Below the pieces are notes generated by a model. That model was not told the origin of the DNA. It made no database searches and saw only the letters and a program-made list of their open reading frames with translations. A stretch of 62,931 nucleotides of DNA, filler included, from Reticulomyxa filosa (taxonomy: Eukaryota > Protista > Foraminifera): assembly GCA_000512085.1 (NCBI GenBank). It is 22 parts of 22 records of this genome, joined end to end, with 100 filler letters (N's around TTAATTAATTAA, not from the genome) between each part and the next. Parts side by side here need not be neighbours in the genome. Positions count along the whole stretch, not along the records: positions 33,627 to 39,324 come from ASPP01004708.1; positions 39,425 to 44,324 come from ASPP01024101.1; positions 44,425 to 45,725 come from ASPP01027946.1; positions 45,826 to 47,035 come from ASPP01037246.1; positions 47,136 to 48,209 come from ASPP01039004.1; positions 48,310 to 55,620 come from ASPP01020363.1; 16 more parts are not named here. One strand, given 5' to 3'. Every line of letters begins with the position of its first letter. Position 1 is the stretch's first letter. Shown here one piece after another: positions 36,723-49,888 of this stretch. The position numbers were made by a program, and so were the translations under genes.

Positions 36723-38508
36723 TATGCATCTTTTTGAAGTTATATATTATATATAATTATGATTTGATATTATATTTATATTTACATTTGAATAAAATAA
36801 ATTTATTCTGGATATTAAACATAAACAATATTACATATTTGTTGTATTGATATCAATTAGATGGCAATCTTCAATATATTGTTTACATATTTAATAAATA
36901 TCTTACTTTCGTAAAAAAAAAAAAGTGTTATTAATGTACTTATTTTCAAAAGTATTATAATTATACTTAATAAAAATTTTGCAAAATTTAAATTTGTACT
37001 TAAACGACAAGAAAAATATTTAGTCCATGATATAGAGAATATGTTAAACACAGAATTTGTTTATTGCGACATTATCATAATTCACCAAAATTATTGCTAA
37101 TTTGTATATTCATTTTTCTAAATTTTATAAAGGTTTTAAAAAAATTTTATATCGATAATGATTTGTAAGATTTTTAGTTCCCTGTTGAATAATGGTAAAT
37201 ATATATAAAATGATTGGTGATCACATAAAATCATATACAAATTTGTTAATTTTATCATCAATATTTTCATCTGTAATAATTTGATTTTTGGTAATCTGTT
37301 GTTCATTTGTTTGTCCTTCATTCGAAGAGATAAAATAATTTGTTTATACCTTTATGACACTTGAAAAGTATACAAGCAAATTTACTGAGCTAGTAATCAA
37401 TTGATTTGATCGTCACTTGTTTAATTTTTCTTGTAAATTCATCCGTGATATATTTATTACTGTGACATTGTGATTATTTTGTGATTTGTACTTGTAGAAT
37501 CTTTATTATTGTTGATAATTTTATTACTGCAAAAAGAAAGATGAATTAGGTGTTTTCATTACTGTTATTTTTTTTTTTGTCATTAATTTGAAATTATCAT
37601 TATTTAAATATGCTGTACAACGCTCGAAAATAAGCATATGAATAACATCGTTTTTAAAATTCTTTTATTCAACAAAGTTTGAGTGTGATATATGCATATA
37701 TAAAACAAATTAAATATGACAATCTTTTATTTGTGTATCATTACAACAATTACTTCTAGCATTACATAAAAATTCATCTAAATAAGCTTTATTTTTTCTT
37801 CCTTCAATGAAATGGTTCAAATGTACATGAATGATATATTTATTTCAAATAAATAAGCATATGTTCAAAAAAAAGCACATTTTTTACATCATGCAAAGTA
37901 ATGTTTTAAAAGAAACTGTGAAATTTGTTATAGAAACGATTGGACTTAAAAATATCAACAAAAACGCTAATTTTTTGTTTTCTTGTCTTATTTAAATCAA
38001 AGAAGTAAAAAAGATTATTTAGAAGACGAGAGATGCTGTAATTCTCGGCACTAAAGTAAAAGAATATCCAATCTACATTTTTGTGTGCTTGTTGTAACAC
38101 GTTGTGTTGTTATTATTGGCTTGCAGAATTGAAAGAACAAGATTTTTTTTTGTGTATGTGTGTTATTTGCAATAGTAATATAATGATAAAAACAAATTAT
38201 TTTGGTATACTGTATTGTGAGACATCTGCGAGGATATTTTTAAAAATAAAGTTGGAAATGTAACGATAGACATAGAATCCTACTTCTAAATCAATATATT
38301 GATCACACATTCCATTTTCACAAATCCCCATGTTTGCATTATTTAAAAAATTAGGATGGAACATCAATCTAAAAAAAAAATGATCGAGATTTTAAAAAGA
38401 TGTTGAACAACATATTTTCTTTGTTTTATTATTCCATTTGAAATTAAATTTTATGAAATAATTGCATTGTTTCAAAAAGATGATTATATATTTTAATAAA
38501 GTAATAAA

Positions 38509-39324
38509 TTAAATTTGTTTTTTCATCAAAAAAAAAGGAAACAATGAAGGAATCAATTGACAGTCAAACACACCAACATCAAAATAAAATTGAACACATT
38601 TCTGATTAATTTCTTTTATTATTTGAATAAGTTTGGGAAATTTATATTGATAAAATTGACGAAATTGGGCTCTCTCAGTTAAATTAAGATACAATTCAAA
38701 ATAAATTTGATTGGTTGATTCATCACGACTATAAAATGATTCATTTTGAATAGCATTAATATTTGCTTTTGCAACAAGAGCTTGCATTATTGCAATTCCA
38801 TTATACATTTCTTCATATTCTATTATTTTCAATTGTTTTGAAGGAATTTTTAATTGATGATGATTATTAATTTGTGTTGTTGCATTTAATACATTTAATG
38901 TATTTCCACCTTTTACTTTGTTCACATTTTCATTCATTATATTTTCATTGTTATTCTTTTCTTCATTAATCATAGTATTGCAATCAATTTTATTAAAAGC
39001 AAAACTTTTGCATTCCTGATTACGAAACCATTGATAAATAACATTACCCAAACGAATTCGATATCCAACATTGTGACTTCTCATATAACAATTCTGTGCA
39101 TCTGCTTGAATTGGACGATATGGCCAATCTTTCACTATTGATAATACATTTCCTTCACGGGGATTATTATTATTATTACTACTACAATATAATTGCATCA
39201 TAATCTCATTGCTATTACTATCTTTCAATATTGTTACATTTGTAATGTATTCTTTTAACCATTCTTTGTTTTTATCAATTTCTAAATCATTTAATTTAAA
39301 ATAAGCAACCAAATAAGGTTGAAT
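38509..39324 (-). CDS. Hypothetical protein, internal exon (5' partial)
   Basis: Open frame of about 270 codons from the contig edge in very AT-rich DNA. No domain recognised. Confidence 0.55.
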   Translation of the reverse strand: MQPYLVAYFKLNDLEIDKNKEWLKEYITNVTILKDSNSNEIMMQLYCSSNNNNNPREGNVLSIVKDWPYRPIQADAQNCYMRSHNVGYRIRLGNVIYQWFRNQECKSFAFNKIDCNTMINEEKNNNENIMNENVNKVKGGNTLNVLNATTQINNHHQLKIPSKQLKIIEYEEMYNGIAIMQALVAKANINAIQNESFYSRDESTNQIYFELYLNLTERAQFRQFYQYKFPKLIQIIKEINQKCVQFYFDVGVFDCQLIPSLFPFFLMKKQI

Positions 39325-40329
39325 NNNNNNNNNNNNNNNNNNNNNNNNNNNNNNNNNNNNNNNNNNNNTTAATTAATTAANNNNNNNNNNNNNNNNNNNN
39401 NNNNNNNNNNNNNNNNNNNNNNNNTTTTTTTTTTTTTTTTTGGCGTTCAAATTTTTTTTTTTTTTTTTGGTTTTAAAAAAAAAAAAAAATTGAAGATTTT
39501 GGAGTTCATTTGCTTCTTTCCGAAAGTCCCCCCCCCGTCTTGCCGATCAAAGAGTGATACAAGATATTGTAAAATAACTTGACTGTCTTCTTCATTTCCA
39601 ACAACGTTCCAAAAAGGTTCACCAGGGTCCAGATATTTGATTTGATTGGTCAATTGTGGGTGTCATTTATTTTTGTGTCTTGTTTGAACAACTTTGTCAT
39701 CTTTTTTACTTTTCTTTTTCTCTCCCTTTCCATTAAACTCTCAAGAGGGGGGAAAAAATATAACAACTTGGATTCTGCTTTGGTGACACTTGCACGTCCA
39801 CAACTTCCCATTGCGTCCAATCCTCACCAGACATTTTTGGGGACGGCTCTCCTTTTTCCTGGCATCACAAACAAGTGTTATTTAGTTAAGGTCTCAACAG
39901 AGAGCTAGTTTTACTCACCATATTCTGTCAAGTACTTGTAGTCAATTGCTTATTTATGCCAAAATTATCTATTCTAACAAATTAGTCTCGATCCCCCTTG
40001 TAAACTTTTTTTGTCGGCTCGGTTTGTCTGCCCTAACAACCTTTATCCAAAAGTACTTTCGATTTGTGATGAACATGTTCATTCCTTATGTTCGTCGTTT
40101 AAGCCACCACCAAACACAATATTCAATGAATTTTTTCCGAAAACTAAATCACTTTGCTTGAATAAAAATTAACTCTTAGTTACATGATATACAAAAGCTA
40201 AAAGTATTGGCGTAAACCGAGTGAATATTTACTTAGAAAAAAACAAACAAAAATTTGCTAATACTGTATGTTTTGTTTGAAGTTCCAAAAAGCCCACGAA
40301 ATTGGCATGTTTACTTCAAAAAAAAAAAA

Positions 40330-42678
40330 TTAATTGAGTTGTGGTTTGATAACGTGCCAGTCAAAGTTATATGTCAAAGGCATGCCAGTGTGAACAACAT
40401 CAGGAAATTGATCCCACGAAAATGGAGGGACATTGTCATGAGTAGGTCCGGCTTGCACCCACGAACTCAAGCTCTGAAGCATTGCAAAGTTGGATAACTT
40501 TGTGTCGTAGCCCCCAGAAGGAGAAGGCTCATCTTCCAAATCGAATCGACTCATAATGGCCCATCCAGGATCGCCATTTTCGAGAGGATCATTTTTGTAA
40601 TCGTTGTAGCGCATAAACTTTTGCGTAGTGGTGATGTTATTGCATTGATTGGCCATTTTTCGGAACAGACGTGCCCTCGGAGCCAAGTCATAAGACAGAG
40701 TGGGTCCATATGTTGCCGCCAATGCCGCATTTCCGGACACGTTGTAAGTATACTCAATGGCCGGGACTATAAGAAGTATATAATATTGTATTGTGTGACA
40801 AGTATTTCTCGTTCAATATAAAAGCTCTAAAACATAGCAAACAATTTGTTTGTTTGTTTAGTCTTACCATTGTACGAGCCCCAATATCCACGCTCAAGTA
40901 TATTCGTTACATCCAAAAAGGTCACGTTGCCGGGTATCTTGGAATTACACATTGATTTACGATATACGTATAAATAAATGTACATAAGTTTATATATTCA
41001 TTTGTATTGAATGTTAACAGTTCAAAAAAAAAAAAAAACACACAACACACCTGTTCACAGATCCATAACAGGCCGTCTGCCAGAGGCTGTCCTGGAACGA
41101 ACAGTGAGTAAGTCAAAGCCATCCATTGGTTATTGTATGTTCCGGAATTGTATCGTGCGAATGTGCGTGTCCAATCATACCTTTTTATGTGCAACAAAAA
41201 ACATTAATTTAAAAAAAAAAAAGTACACAAATACTTGAAACACTGATAAATGGTGAAGTAAGCCCCCTCCTATTCATCAAAGTGTGACTCACCCGTTCGA
41301 TGCCAAAGCGTTGGCAATGCGTGCTCTTTGCCACGTATACAGAGATTGTGGTACGACAAAGTCATACAAGCTGGCGTTGGCAATGTCGTTTGTGGTCTCC
41401 ATCTGTCCCCACATTTTTAAAAAAAAATTATTGTTATTATTTCCTTTTTTTTTTTTGTTTGTGCCTCTCCCCCCCCTCCTTCGTCTCATAACAAGATATT
41501 ACAAGTCAAACAAAGGAGAACACACATAAACACATTATCTCCCCTTTTTTTTTATTTTTAAGTATGCGTATCAGTTATGTGTTTGTCGTAATTGCAATTG
41601 CATAAACTAAACAGTGGCCATGCCGCTATCCATGACATACCAGTCATCAATGGACGATAACGCGCCAGGGTCTAATGTGAAGAAGACAGGCAAAACACCA
41701 TACAGAACATCAACACAAATCCCAAAGTCTAAAAGGCTCTCAACAAAAAAAAAAAAAAAAAAAAAACTCAACAAGAAGACATGACCATTCTGGAAGTGGG
41801 GATATCCATTTCCAATTCAAAAGAATAAATTTTGTACACACGATTCATCCACCAATACTGAAACCTATTCTCATTTCCAAAAAAAAAAAAAAAGACACTA
41901 AAAAAAACCTCCATACGTATACATAAAATACAAACCAAGTGGAATGAGAAAAGATAATGTCATCCAATTCAGGCGTGACTTTGATCAATCCACTGCAATG
42001 TCCCGACTTGAGACGATGATTGAGTGCTTGTTTACTGGTTTTGAATGCGAACCAATCGACGCGCATGGAATCATTGATGGCTTGGACGACGTCGGGCCAC
42101 TCTTCGTTTGCATTGATGAAATCAAAGGCAAACTCGTCCAACGGTGGCAATCCTGTGTTCAGTTCTTCAATTGCCGCGTTGTAGCCGTCTTTCACACCAT
42201 AAAACTGTCCCATCAGCAATTCCGTGTATTGCCATAATGGGTCCGACGAACTATACTTTTCAATGTTGTCATTGATCCATGCCTTTTGTGTGCTTGTCCA
42301 GTTTTGCAACTCTGTCATAAACGGCTCCAATGATGGCTTCACGTTCATCCATCCTGCGTAGTAACTCCAATAGATCTCGTAACACGATAAGTAACCTTCC
42401 AGGTATCCTGCACCGTACATCCTGTTATAATCTGTTATCTTACTGCTTTCGCTCGGCTTTTGCGTTTGAATTTCTAATACACCCATCCCCGTTCGGTTCA
42501 GCGCGTCGTCGAAATATCCGCATGCCACACCGTTTGTACAGTCAATTACACCCAACTTTACTTTATACGTGTTGCTTGTCGCATTGTAATACACCGTCCC
42601 ATTGAATGAGTGCTCTTCACCCCAAGTTAAAACCAACAATAAATACAACGCAGATATCAGTTTCATATCGTATCTCAT
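40330..42678 (-). CDS. Phospholipase B-like protein (PLBD1/PLBD2, Ntn-hydrolase), signal peptide, about 7 exons
   Basis: Signal peptide MKLISALYLLLVLTWG; YGAGYLEGYL; autocleavage motif SGHCSGLIKV; PGALSSIDDWY; ETTN; YNSGTYNNQWM; GYWGSYN; APRARLFR; MRYNDY; GGYDTK; AGPTHDNVPPFSW. Confidence 0.95.
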
Positions 42679-43127
42679 GTTTTTTTTGTTGCTGTCACCC
42701 CTCTTCTCACACCGCCCCCCCTCCTTACTTTGACAATTTTTTTAAAAACCTGCTTGGTGACCCACTTATCCTAAAAAAAAATTCAAAATCTACTATAAAC
42801 TAATTCAAGCCTTTTTTTTTAACAAAAATACTTTTGAAACTTTGACTATCGCTACTCCTAAAAGTTGGAAATATATCTGATTAATACAGAAAGATTTACT
42901 ACGTTAAGCAAATTTATCCTTCATTGATCACTCCAGTATATACGTTTGACCTGCTCATAAAATGTTTTGTCATTTGGTTGCATTTTTGTAATCGAAACTA
43001 CAAAGAGAAAAAAAAGCTTTTTAAAAACCTGTTTTTTAGTTAAAAAAAGCCTTCCCCAACTTTGGTTTGAGTTTTTGGGATTGAAATAAAGATCAAATCA
43101 ATAAGTGTTTCAAGTTATAAGTAAACA

Positions 43128-43795
43128 ATGGCAAAACCAAAAGAAACAAAAGAGATTGTAGAAAAAAAAGAAGAAATGAACTTAATCTTGGCGAACATCA
43201 CCGCAGCAGAAAAAGAAGAGTTTCGTGAGGCATTCAAACTGTTTGACAAAGATGGAGACGGAGAAGTGACAGTGGATGAAATTTATGAAGTATTTACAAG
43301 CCTTGGATTTAAGTCATTCACAAAAAAGGATATTCTGCGAATGGTCAAGGCGCAAGACGTGAACAGTAACGAAACGATAGATTTGGATGAATTCATTTTA
43401 TTGCTTCGAAGCAAGAGAACCGGAAAATACCAAAGAATGTCTTTTGACGATGAATTAAAGCTTGCTTTCAAAGTGTTTGATGTTAACGGTGATGGCAGCA
43501 TATCCGCTTCTGAATTGGCACGCATCATGCGAGCTTTGGGAGAAAATTTAGACGAAACTGATATTGAGTTCATGATTAAATCTATTGATATCAACTCGGA
43601 CGGTGAAATCGACTTTTTGGGTGCGTGCTTTTTTTTTTTTTTGTCCCCCTTTTTTTGTGCCCGCCTAAACTTATAACGCGTGTGATGTGTGTTTGCATTG
43701 GATGTTTTACTTTTGCAGAATTCAAGAAAATGATGCAACATGCGCCAATTGCACAAGAAACAGTAACAAAGTTAAAAGAAACCCAAAAGGAATAA
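43128..43795 (+). CDS. Calmodulin-like four-EF-hand protein, two exons (43128-43620, 43719-43795)
   Basis: EFREAFKLFDKDGDGEVTVDE, DVNSNETIDLDE, AFKVFDVNGDGSISASE, DINSDGEIDFL/EFKKMM. GT-AG intron 43621-43718. Divergent from the phospholipase B-like gene. Confidence 0.93.
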
Positions 43796-44559
43796 TTGCC
43801 ACCACATTGGAAATTGTCCCTTTCGTTTCACTGGAGAGAACTAAAGGAGGGGAAACAAAAAAAAAAACATAGTCGGATTTCTTTTTGTACTTTTGACAAA
43901 TGTTTTTTTGTTGTTCATTTGTTTTTTTGCGCATTTTTGTCGGCATTGGTGTTCTGCTTTGTTTATGAACCTTCAACGGCAATCATTTTCTGTATTTTTT
44001 TTTGTGAGACAAAAAAAACTCGTTAAGTTCAACCTAAAAACTTGTTTATACTTGTGGAAAAACAGTTTTTCTTCTTCTTTACTCTCCTATAACATGAACG
44101 AGTTTATCAATTATCCTGACTGTGCGAATTTGGTTGTTAGTTTTTTTTTTGGTCTTTTCCCTTTTTGAGTAAAAAAAATTACCTAAATTGAAAAAATTCT
44201 TTCAATGCAAAACTTTTTTGGAAGTATTTATTTAATAAACTGATTTATCGAAATTAAAAAAATGTGATCCATTACACACAAAGTTCCCCTTCCCCAAACT
44301 CCTTCACTGTTTTGTTCTTCAAACNNNNNNNNNNNNNNNNNNNNNNNNNNNNNNNNNNNNNNNNNNNNTTAATTAATTAANNNNNNNNNNNNNNNNNNNN
44401 NNNNNNNNNNNNNNNNNNNNNNNNGGAAATAACAATAATAATAATAATAATAGTAATCAAAATAGATGATCAATAATCTCACCCCCATCAAATAATGTTG
44501 GTATTATTAATTCAACCAACAGCGACGAGCCAATGAAACTTCAAGCAGTGCATTTATAG

Positions 44560-45095
44560 CCATCAGCTACGCGTCAGTGATATTGCTTCCGAGTGGGCGC
44601 CACTATTGTTCCGCAATCCTCAAATCACCTCTGATGCCATCGACCGTGTAAAGCAAATGGACGCGCTGCTCAATGCTGGCAGTCCTCGTGTGGAAGAATC
44701 GAAAGGCAGAGACGATGAGTCCAATAAACAAAAGGCCAAACACAATCCAAACCAGCTTCATAGTAATAACCTCCATGGTACCGGTGGGATGGGGTCATGA
44801 AGATGACATGAAACGCGAAGTGGAATGGAGCGCTGAAAAATCGGTACAGTCGACAAGCACCACCAATGACGGTCGCAAAGAAACCACTGACTCGGATCGA
44901 ATGCTCTGCGATTTAATGATCTTTTTGCTAAGCAATGATATCTCTTTGTTGGACAATAGTTACATTAAAGGTGCTCACACTTTGGCTGAAATCGTGCAAC
45001 ATAAACAATAACTTTAACTTACTATCAACATTAAACATGGTCCTTACAATAAAAACTATGTCCAACACCAATTTTCTTAGCAAAGACGAGAGTGG
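44560..45095 (+). pseudogene. Degenerate coding-like fragment, unidentified
   Basis: GC-richer stretch with overlapping short ORFs in shifting frames (44606-44800, 44673-45011) and internal stops. Confidence 0.3.
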
Positions 45096-46482
45096 TAGGA
45101 AGGGAGGAGGGGGAAAAAATTCAGATTGTAAGCTTTTTGGTTGTTCTTTTTTTTTTTTGCTTGGTTGTACAAGAATATACTTTTTTTTTCACATATTTCT
45201 TGGAGTGTTTGCCAAAGAATTTTGCACTGCTGTTAAATCGCACACAAATTTCTTCCACATGCTTTGTTGTGTTTTGCATTTTTGTTAATTTCAAAGAAAG
45301 AGCCATGTCTGGTGCCAGTAAAAATGAAAGCACTGCAGACCTTATGTCTTTATTATTGGCCAATACCAATATCAATAGACTTTTTAAAAATGACAATGAT
45401 TCTATCCATAAAACTTACTTTATAATTATCAAAATCCAGTTCATTTTCTTTATCAAAGAGAGTTGCTTTTTCAAAGTTATTACATTTCAAAGTTGAAATA
45501 CACAAACAAGCTTGGATATTCAATTTCAGAAATTTTTTACGAGAAATCTAAAGAGAGAAGAAGGAGATCAGGTGAGGAAAATTGGGCATTAAATTAACTT
45601 TGCGAAAAAAATATCACAAAGAAACAACGCCCACACAAAAAGACAAATTTTTGAGCAAAACAATTGAGCACCAACTTTGGAGTTATTTGAATTTCACTTT
45701 GCTTTTGCGCTGGCACTACAACCACNNNNNNNNNNNNNNNNNNNNNNNNNNNNNNNNNNNNNNNNNNNNTTAATTAATTAANNNNNNNNNNNNNNNNNNN
45801 NNNNNNNNNNNNNNNNNNNNNNNNNTTAAAAATTGGTTAAATTGCTTTAATGTTAATAATTTAGTCTCAAGTGTAATATATTTATAATATTCTTTAAATA
45901 AATTTCGAAGCATAATTAAATATACTTATTATTTTGTAGCTCTTATCAATAATACTAACAGATTTACAGCATTTGTAAATTAATCTTTTGGATGAAAAAT
46001 GTATTGACTTCTTTTTCACAAATCTGACTATTATTTTTTTATCAGAAAGTGTTTGATAATAAAATATAAATAACTAAGGGTATTTTGAATGTGTAAATTA
46101 TACAATTAATTGAATATAATTTTATTTAAAGGAAAAAAGCTTATCAATTTACAGAAAAAATATTTATTTGTTTTGACAAATACATTTTTTCAAATTAATT
46201 CAATTTAATAAGGAAAACAAAATTTTACTCAATTAAAAAAATATTTAAAATTTTGGAGTTTAAAATCTTTATCAACTTTTATTCGCAAGGCCGTTTGAAA
46301 ATTTGCATTTGTGTTTCTAAAAAAAAAAATTTATATCTCCGTTATTGTCTATCAATTGGAGCAAAAATATTATCAAACACCTTTTTCTTAAATGACAAAA
46401 AAATTCCAAAATAAATCAAACAACAATCCAAAGCAAAAAATTCAATAAAAAAAAAATAAAAAAAAATTTCATTTATACATAT

Positions 46483-47035
46483 TCATCCCCAAACATGAAT
46501 CAGACCTTTACATGAACCATAATATAAACAAACATCTTTTGATTTTCGTTCATTATTTACTTTCAATGATACAAACGTAAGACATGTTATTCCATCATCT
46601 TTATCATCACTTCCTTTGATCAAATACAATTCTTTCTTATTTGATCGAATATCCCAGAAACGAATTGTATTATCAACTGATCCAGAACATATCACATTCG
46701 AATTACCACTAACAATTTTATCAATATTCTTTACTACAAATGGTGAATATTCAACAGACAATACATAATTTGTATGTTCATTGAACATTTGAATTTGTCG
46801 ACCAGATCGAATATCCCATAAACGAACACTAAAATCTTCTGATCCAGATAATATTGTATTTAATAATTCATTTGATCCATATTTTACACTATTCACACAA
46901 TCTTGATGTCCTTTAAATACATTGAATTGTTTTGTTGTTTCAATATCCCATATTCGAATGGTTTCATCAAGTGATCCAGAACAAATTGTATATCCATTTC
47001 CACCAATCACACCAATATTATTCATTTTATTATTA
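46483..47035 (-). CDS. WD40-repeat protein, lineage-expanded family, 3' fragment (paralogue of 3141-3680)
   Basis: IGGNGYTICSGSLDETIRIWDIETTKQFNVFKGHQD...ICSGSVDNTIRFWDIRSNK...GLIHVWG*. Very high nucleotide similarity to the first copy. Confidence 0.93.
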
Positions 47036-47169
47036 NNNNNNNNNNNNNNNNNNNNNNNNNNNNNNNNNNNNNNNNNNNNTTAATTAATTAANNNNNNNNN
47101 NNNNNNNNNNNNNNNNNNNNNNNNNNNNNNNNNNNTTATAATTTATTGAAAAAAAACAACGGCATATCA

Positions 47170-48209
47170 AATTTATATCCCCAGATTTTGGACTTGAGTT
47201 TCTTCTGCAATATTTGCACGAACAAATTTGTATTTGTCGGTTTCCTCGGCCATTCGTTTACATTCCTCCTCATCCCACGGTTCATTTTGTCGATGAACCT
47301 CTGCAAGACTGTATGTTTTGGCTGCTTCAATCATTCTTTTAATTTCCTTCTAATCTACTTGTTCACTTTGTTGGTCAATTTGAATCGTTTTGATGTTAAA
47401 TTCCTGCTTCTTGTCCTTTGTGGACACTGACAAAGTGCAATTGGAATCCAAATCAAAAGTGACTTCAATTTCAGGAACACCAATTGGAGCAGGTGAAATA
47501 TTCGTGAATAGAAATCTTGACAACAAATTGTTATCTTGTGAATTGTGACTTTACTTCATACACTTGAATCAACGAATTGCATTGACGATAAATATAAGTG
47601 GTAAATATTTCTATCGCTTTGCAAGTGATTGTTTTATTGCGAGGGACCAATTTTGTCATCACACCAAGTGTAGTTTTAATTCCGAATTACAGTGGTACTA
47701 CATACAATAGCAGTATATCACCAGCTTTACAATTTCTCAATTCTTCAAATTTGGTTCGGGTGATGAATGACACAAAACCAACACCTTCATGAAGATAGTC
47801 CAATTCCACATTCACGCTAGTTACGAAACTCAACTTTCGTTTTGCGTATTCGCACTGTATTCGCAATCTTCTCATTGCTCTCTTGTTTTGAGTGATATCC
47901 AATTTGTATCTTTTCTTGCATTCAGCTACAAAAAACGCTATCAATGTGTTGTCGATATCTTCGCCTCCCAAATGATTATCACCAGCTGTTGCCTTCACAT
48001 CAAACACTTGTTTTGCATCAAATACTGCGTTTTCTACGTTGTTGACAGCTTGGATCTTCGCTGCCCTTCCCGCTAGCACTCCTTCATCACTGAATAATAC
48101 GTATAAAGATGTTGTTCGCTTCTCCATGTCATTTGGGATAATTTCACTGCATTGTTTTTCCATGCACCCAAATCAATACCAATTGACCGCTTTTGCAAAG
48201 AAATCATCT
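47170..48209 (-). pseudogene. HSP70: HSP70 pseudogene with two internal deletions, premature stops and frameshifts
   Basis: [96 protein letters not shown]. Stop at 47687. No introns seen. Confidence 0.9.
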
Positions 48210-48324
48210 NNNNNNNNNNNNNNNNNNNNNNNNNNNNNNNNNNNNNNNNNNNNTTAATTAATTAANNNNNNNNNNNNNNNNNNNNNNNNNNNNNNNNNNN
48301 NNNNNNNNNTTTTTTTTTTTTGTG

Positions 48325-48625
48325 CTACGTAACTCGCACAACAGTATGCAAAAGTTTGCAATAACGAAAACGACACCCATTGCAACAATCATCCAATTCA
48401 ATCACCAAGGACACAACTGCTACGTCTTTTTGAGTGCTGTTGCCACCATTCGTTTTTTTTGATTTTGCTTTTTTATAGGTTCGGATGAATGGTAGCTCTT
48501 GCACTTGCTCTATTGCCAAGCTGTCGCCATATCTTTTGTGATAACCCTCTTCCAAAATTCCAAAGTCCAAACTCGTTTTTCTTTTTACATCGAATATCGA
48601 AAATACTTTATCCGCAAAACTCTAT
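48325..48625 (-). CDS. Exon of a hypothetical protein (weak LOTUS/OST-HTH-like pattern)
   Basis: Open frame FADKVFSIFDVKRKTSLDFGILEEGYHKRYGDSLAIEQVQELPFI flanked by intron-like sequence. Confidence 0.35.
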
Positions 48626-49888
48626 TTTTTTTTTTGGTTTGATTTAATTTCGTCTTTGATAACATTGTATGTTGCTTGTTTTGTTTTGTTTTGTTTTTCT
48701 CTCTCTCTTCTCTTGCACTTTCAGAAACGAATTTTTTTATATTTTTGGACCTGTTGCAAGTACGACATATTCTTGCTTTTTTTTTTTTAAAAAAAAAAAT
48801 TGATTTCAATGCAAATGCGGCTATATTTGTCTTGCTGTTGAATGCTTGTTATGTGTTGGCTTGGTTATGATTGGAGCAGAAGCTTCGTTTTTTTGTTTTT
48901 TAAAAAACCCTTTCAAATCCTGCTGATGTGATTGTGTTCAGAATCGTTTGATTTGGCTGTATCTTGAGCTAATCACAATTTAAGTTTCTTTCCTTGTAAA
49001 TACACAAAAAAAACAAAAGCCAAGCTTAAAAAACTACGCTAAAATAAAATCAGACAATCATCCACTATGAATATAATGAGCCCAAATTTAAAAAAATATC
49101 AACTGATCAAAGAGCAATTGTTATATCACAGACAAAAAGTGATTGAATAGTTTCACTATTTTTTTTATTGTAATTCTATCTTTCCATTTTTTCAAAGATA
49201 ATTGCAACATATCAATCATAAATCTATAATATTTCCACTAAATAAATTGCAATGCAATAAATCAAAATACATAAGTAAACTCGATAAATACTTGTATTAA
49301 AAATTTAATCTTTGATATGCTGTCATTTTGGGACTATGTTAAAGAATATTTGATCAATTTGAAATTTTAAAGTTGTATCTCTAAAAATTTAATGAAATGG
49401 TTGATTATTTTTTAAAATTTTTTAAAAAAGAATTGTTTGAGCATTAAAATTGGGTTTTGTTAAAAATCATTTTTTTAGTATTTTTAGTTAATTTTAATAC
49501 ATTATTCAATTTTTAGATACTTTAGTCAACTGTGCAGATAATGCGATTAACAAATCAAATTGAACACATTAATACTTACAATCTCTTATGGTTGTAAATA
49601 CATTTTTTTATTCCAGATATTATAAAATTTTTTGAAATAGATAAAAAATAGCTAACGACAACAAGAAGTAAAAAAAAAGTGAACCAAACCAATTTTTTGA
49701 TTCACTTTAATCCGTTGTATTTTTATCTTGGTTTTGAACGTCGAGCAATTGTGTTAGTGAAGGGAACAATGGCAATTCACTGCTATTTTGTACTGAGTCT
49801 TTGAGTTTGTCTCGCTCCTTTGAATGAAGTTGTATCAAAAGCATATCAACAATTTGTAAGACGTTTTGTTGTTTTTATTTTGGTTTTT

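Noticed and set aside
39447-39710. Possible EF-hand gene (LFDRQDGGGTFG)
   Set aside because: One imperfect loop, an upstream in-frame stop and truncation by the contig end; not enough support.
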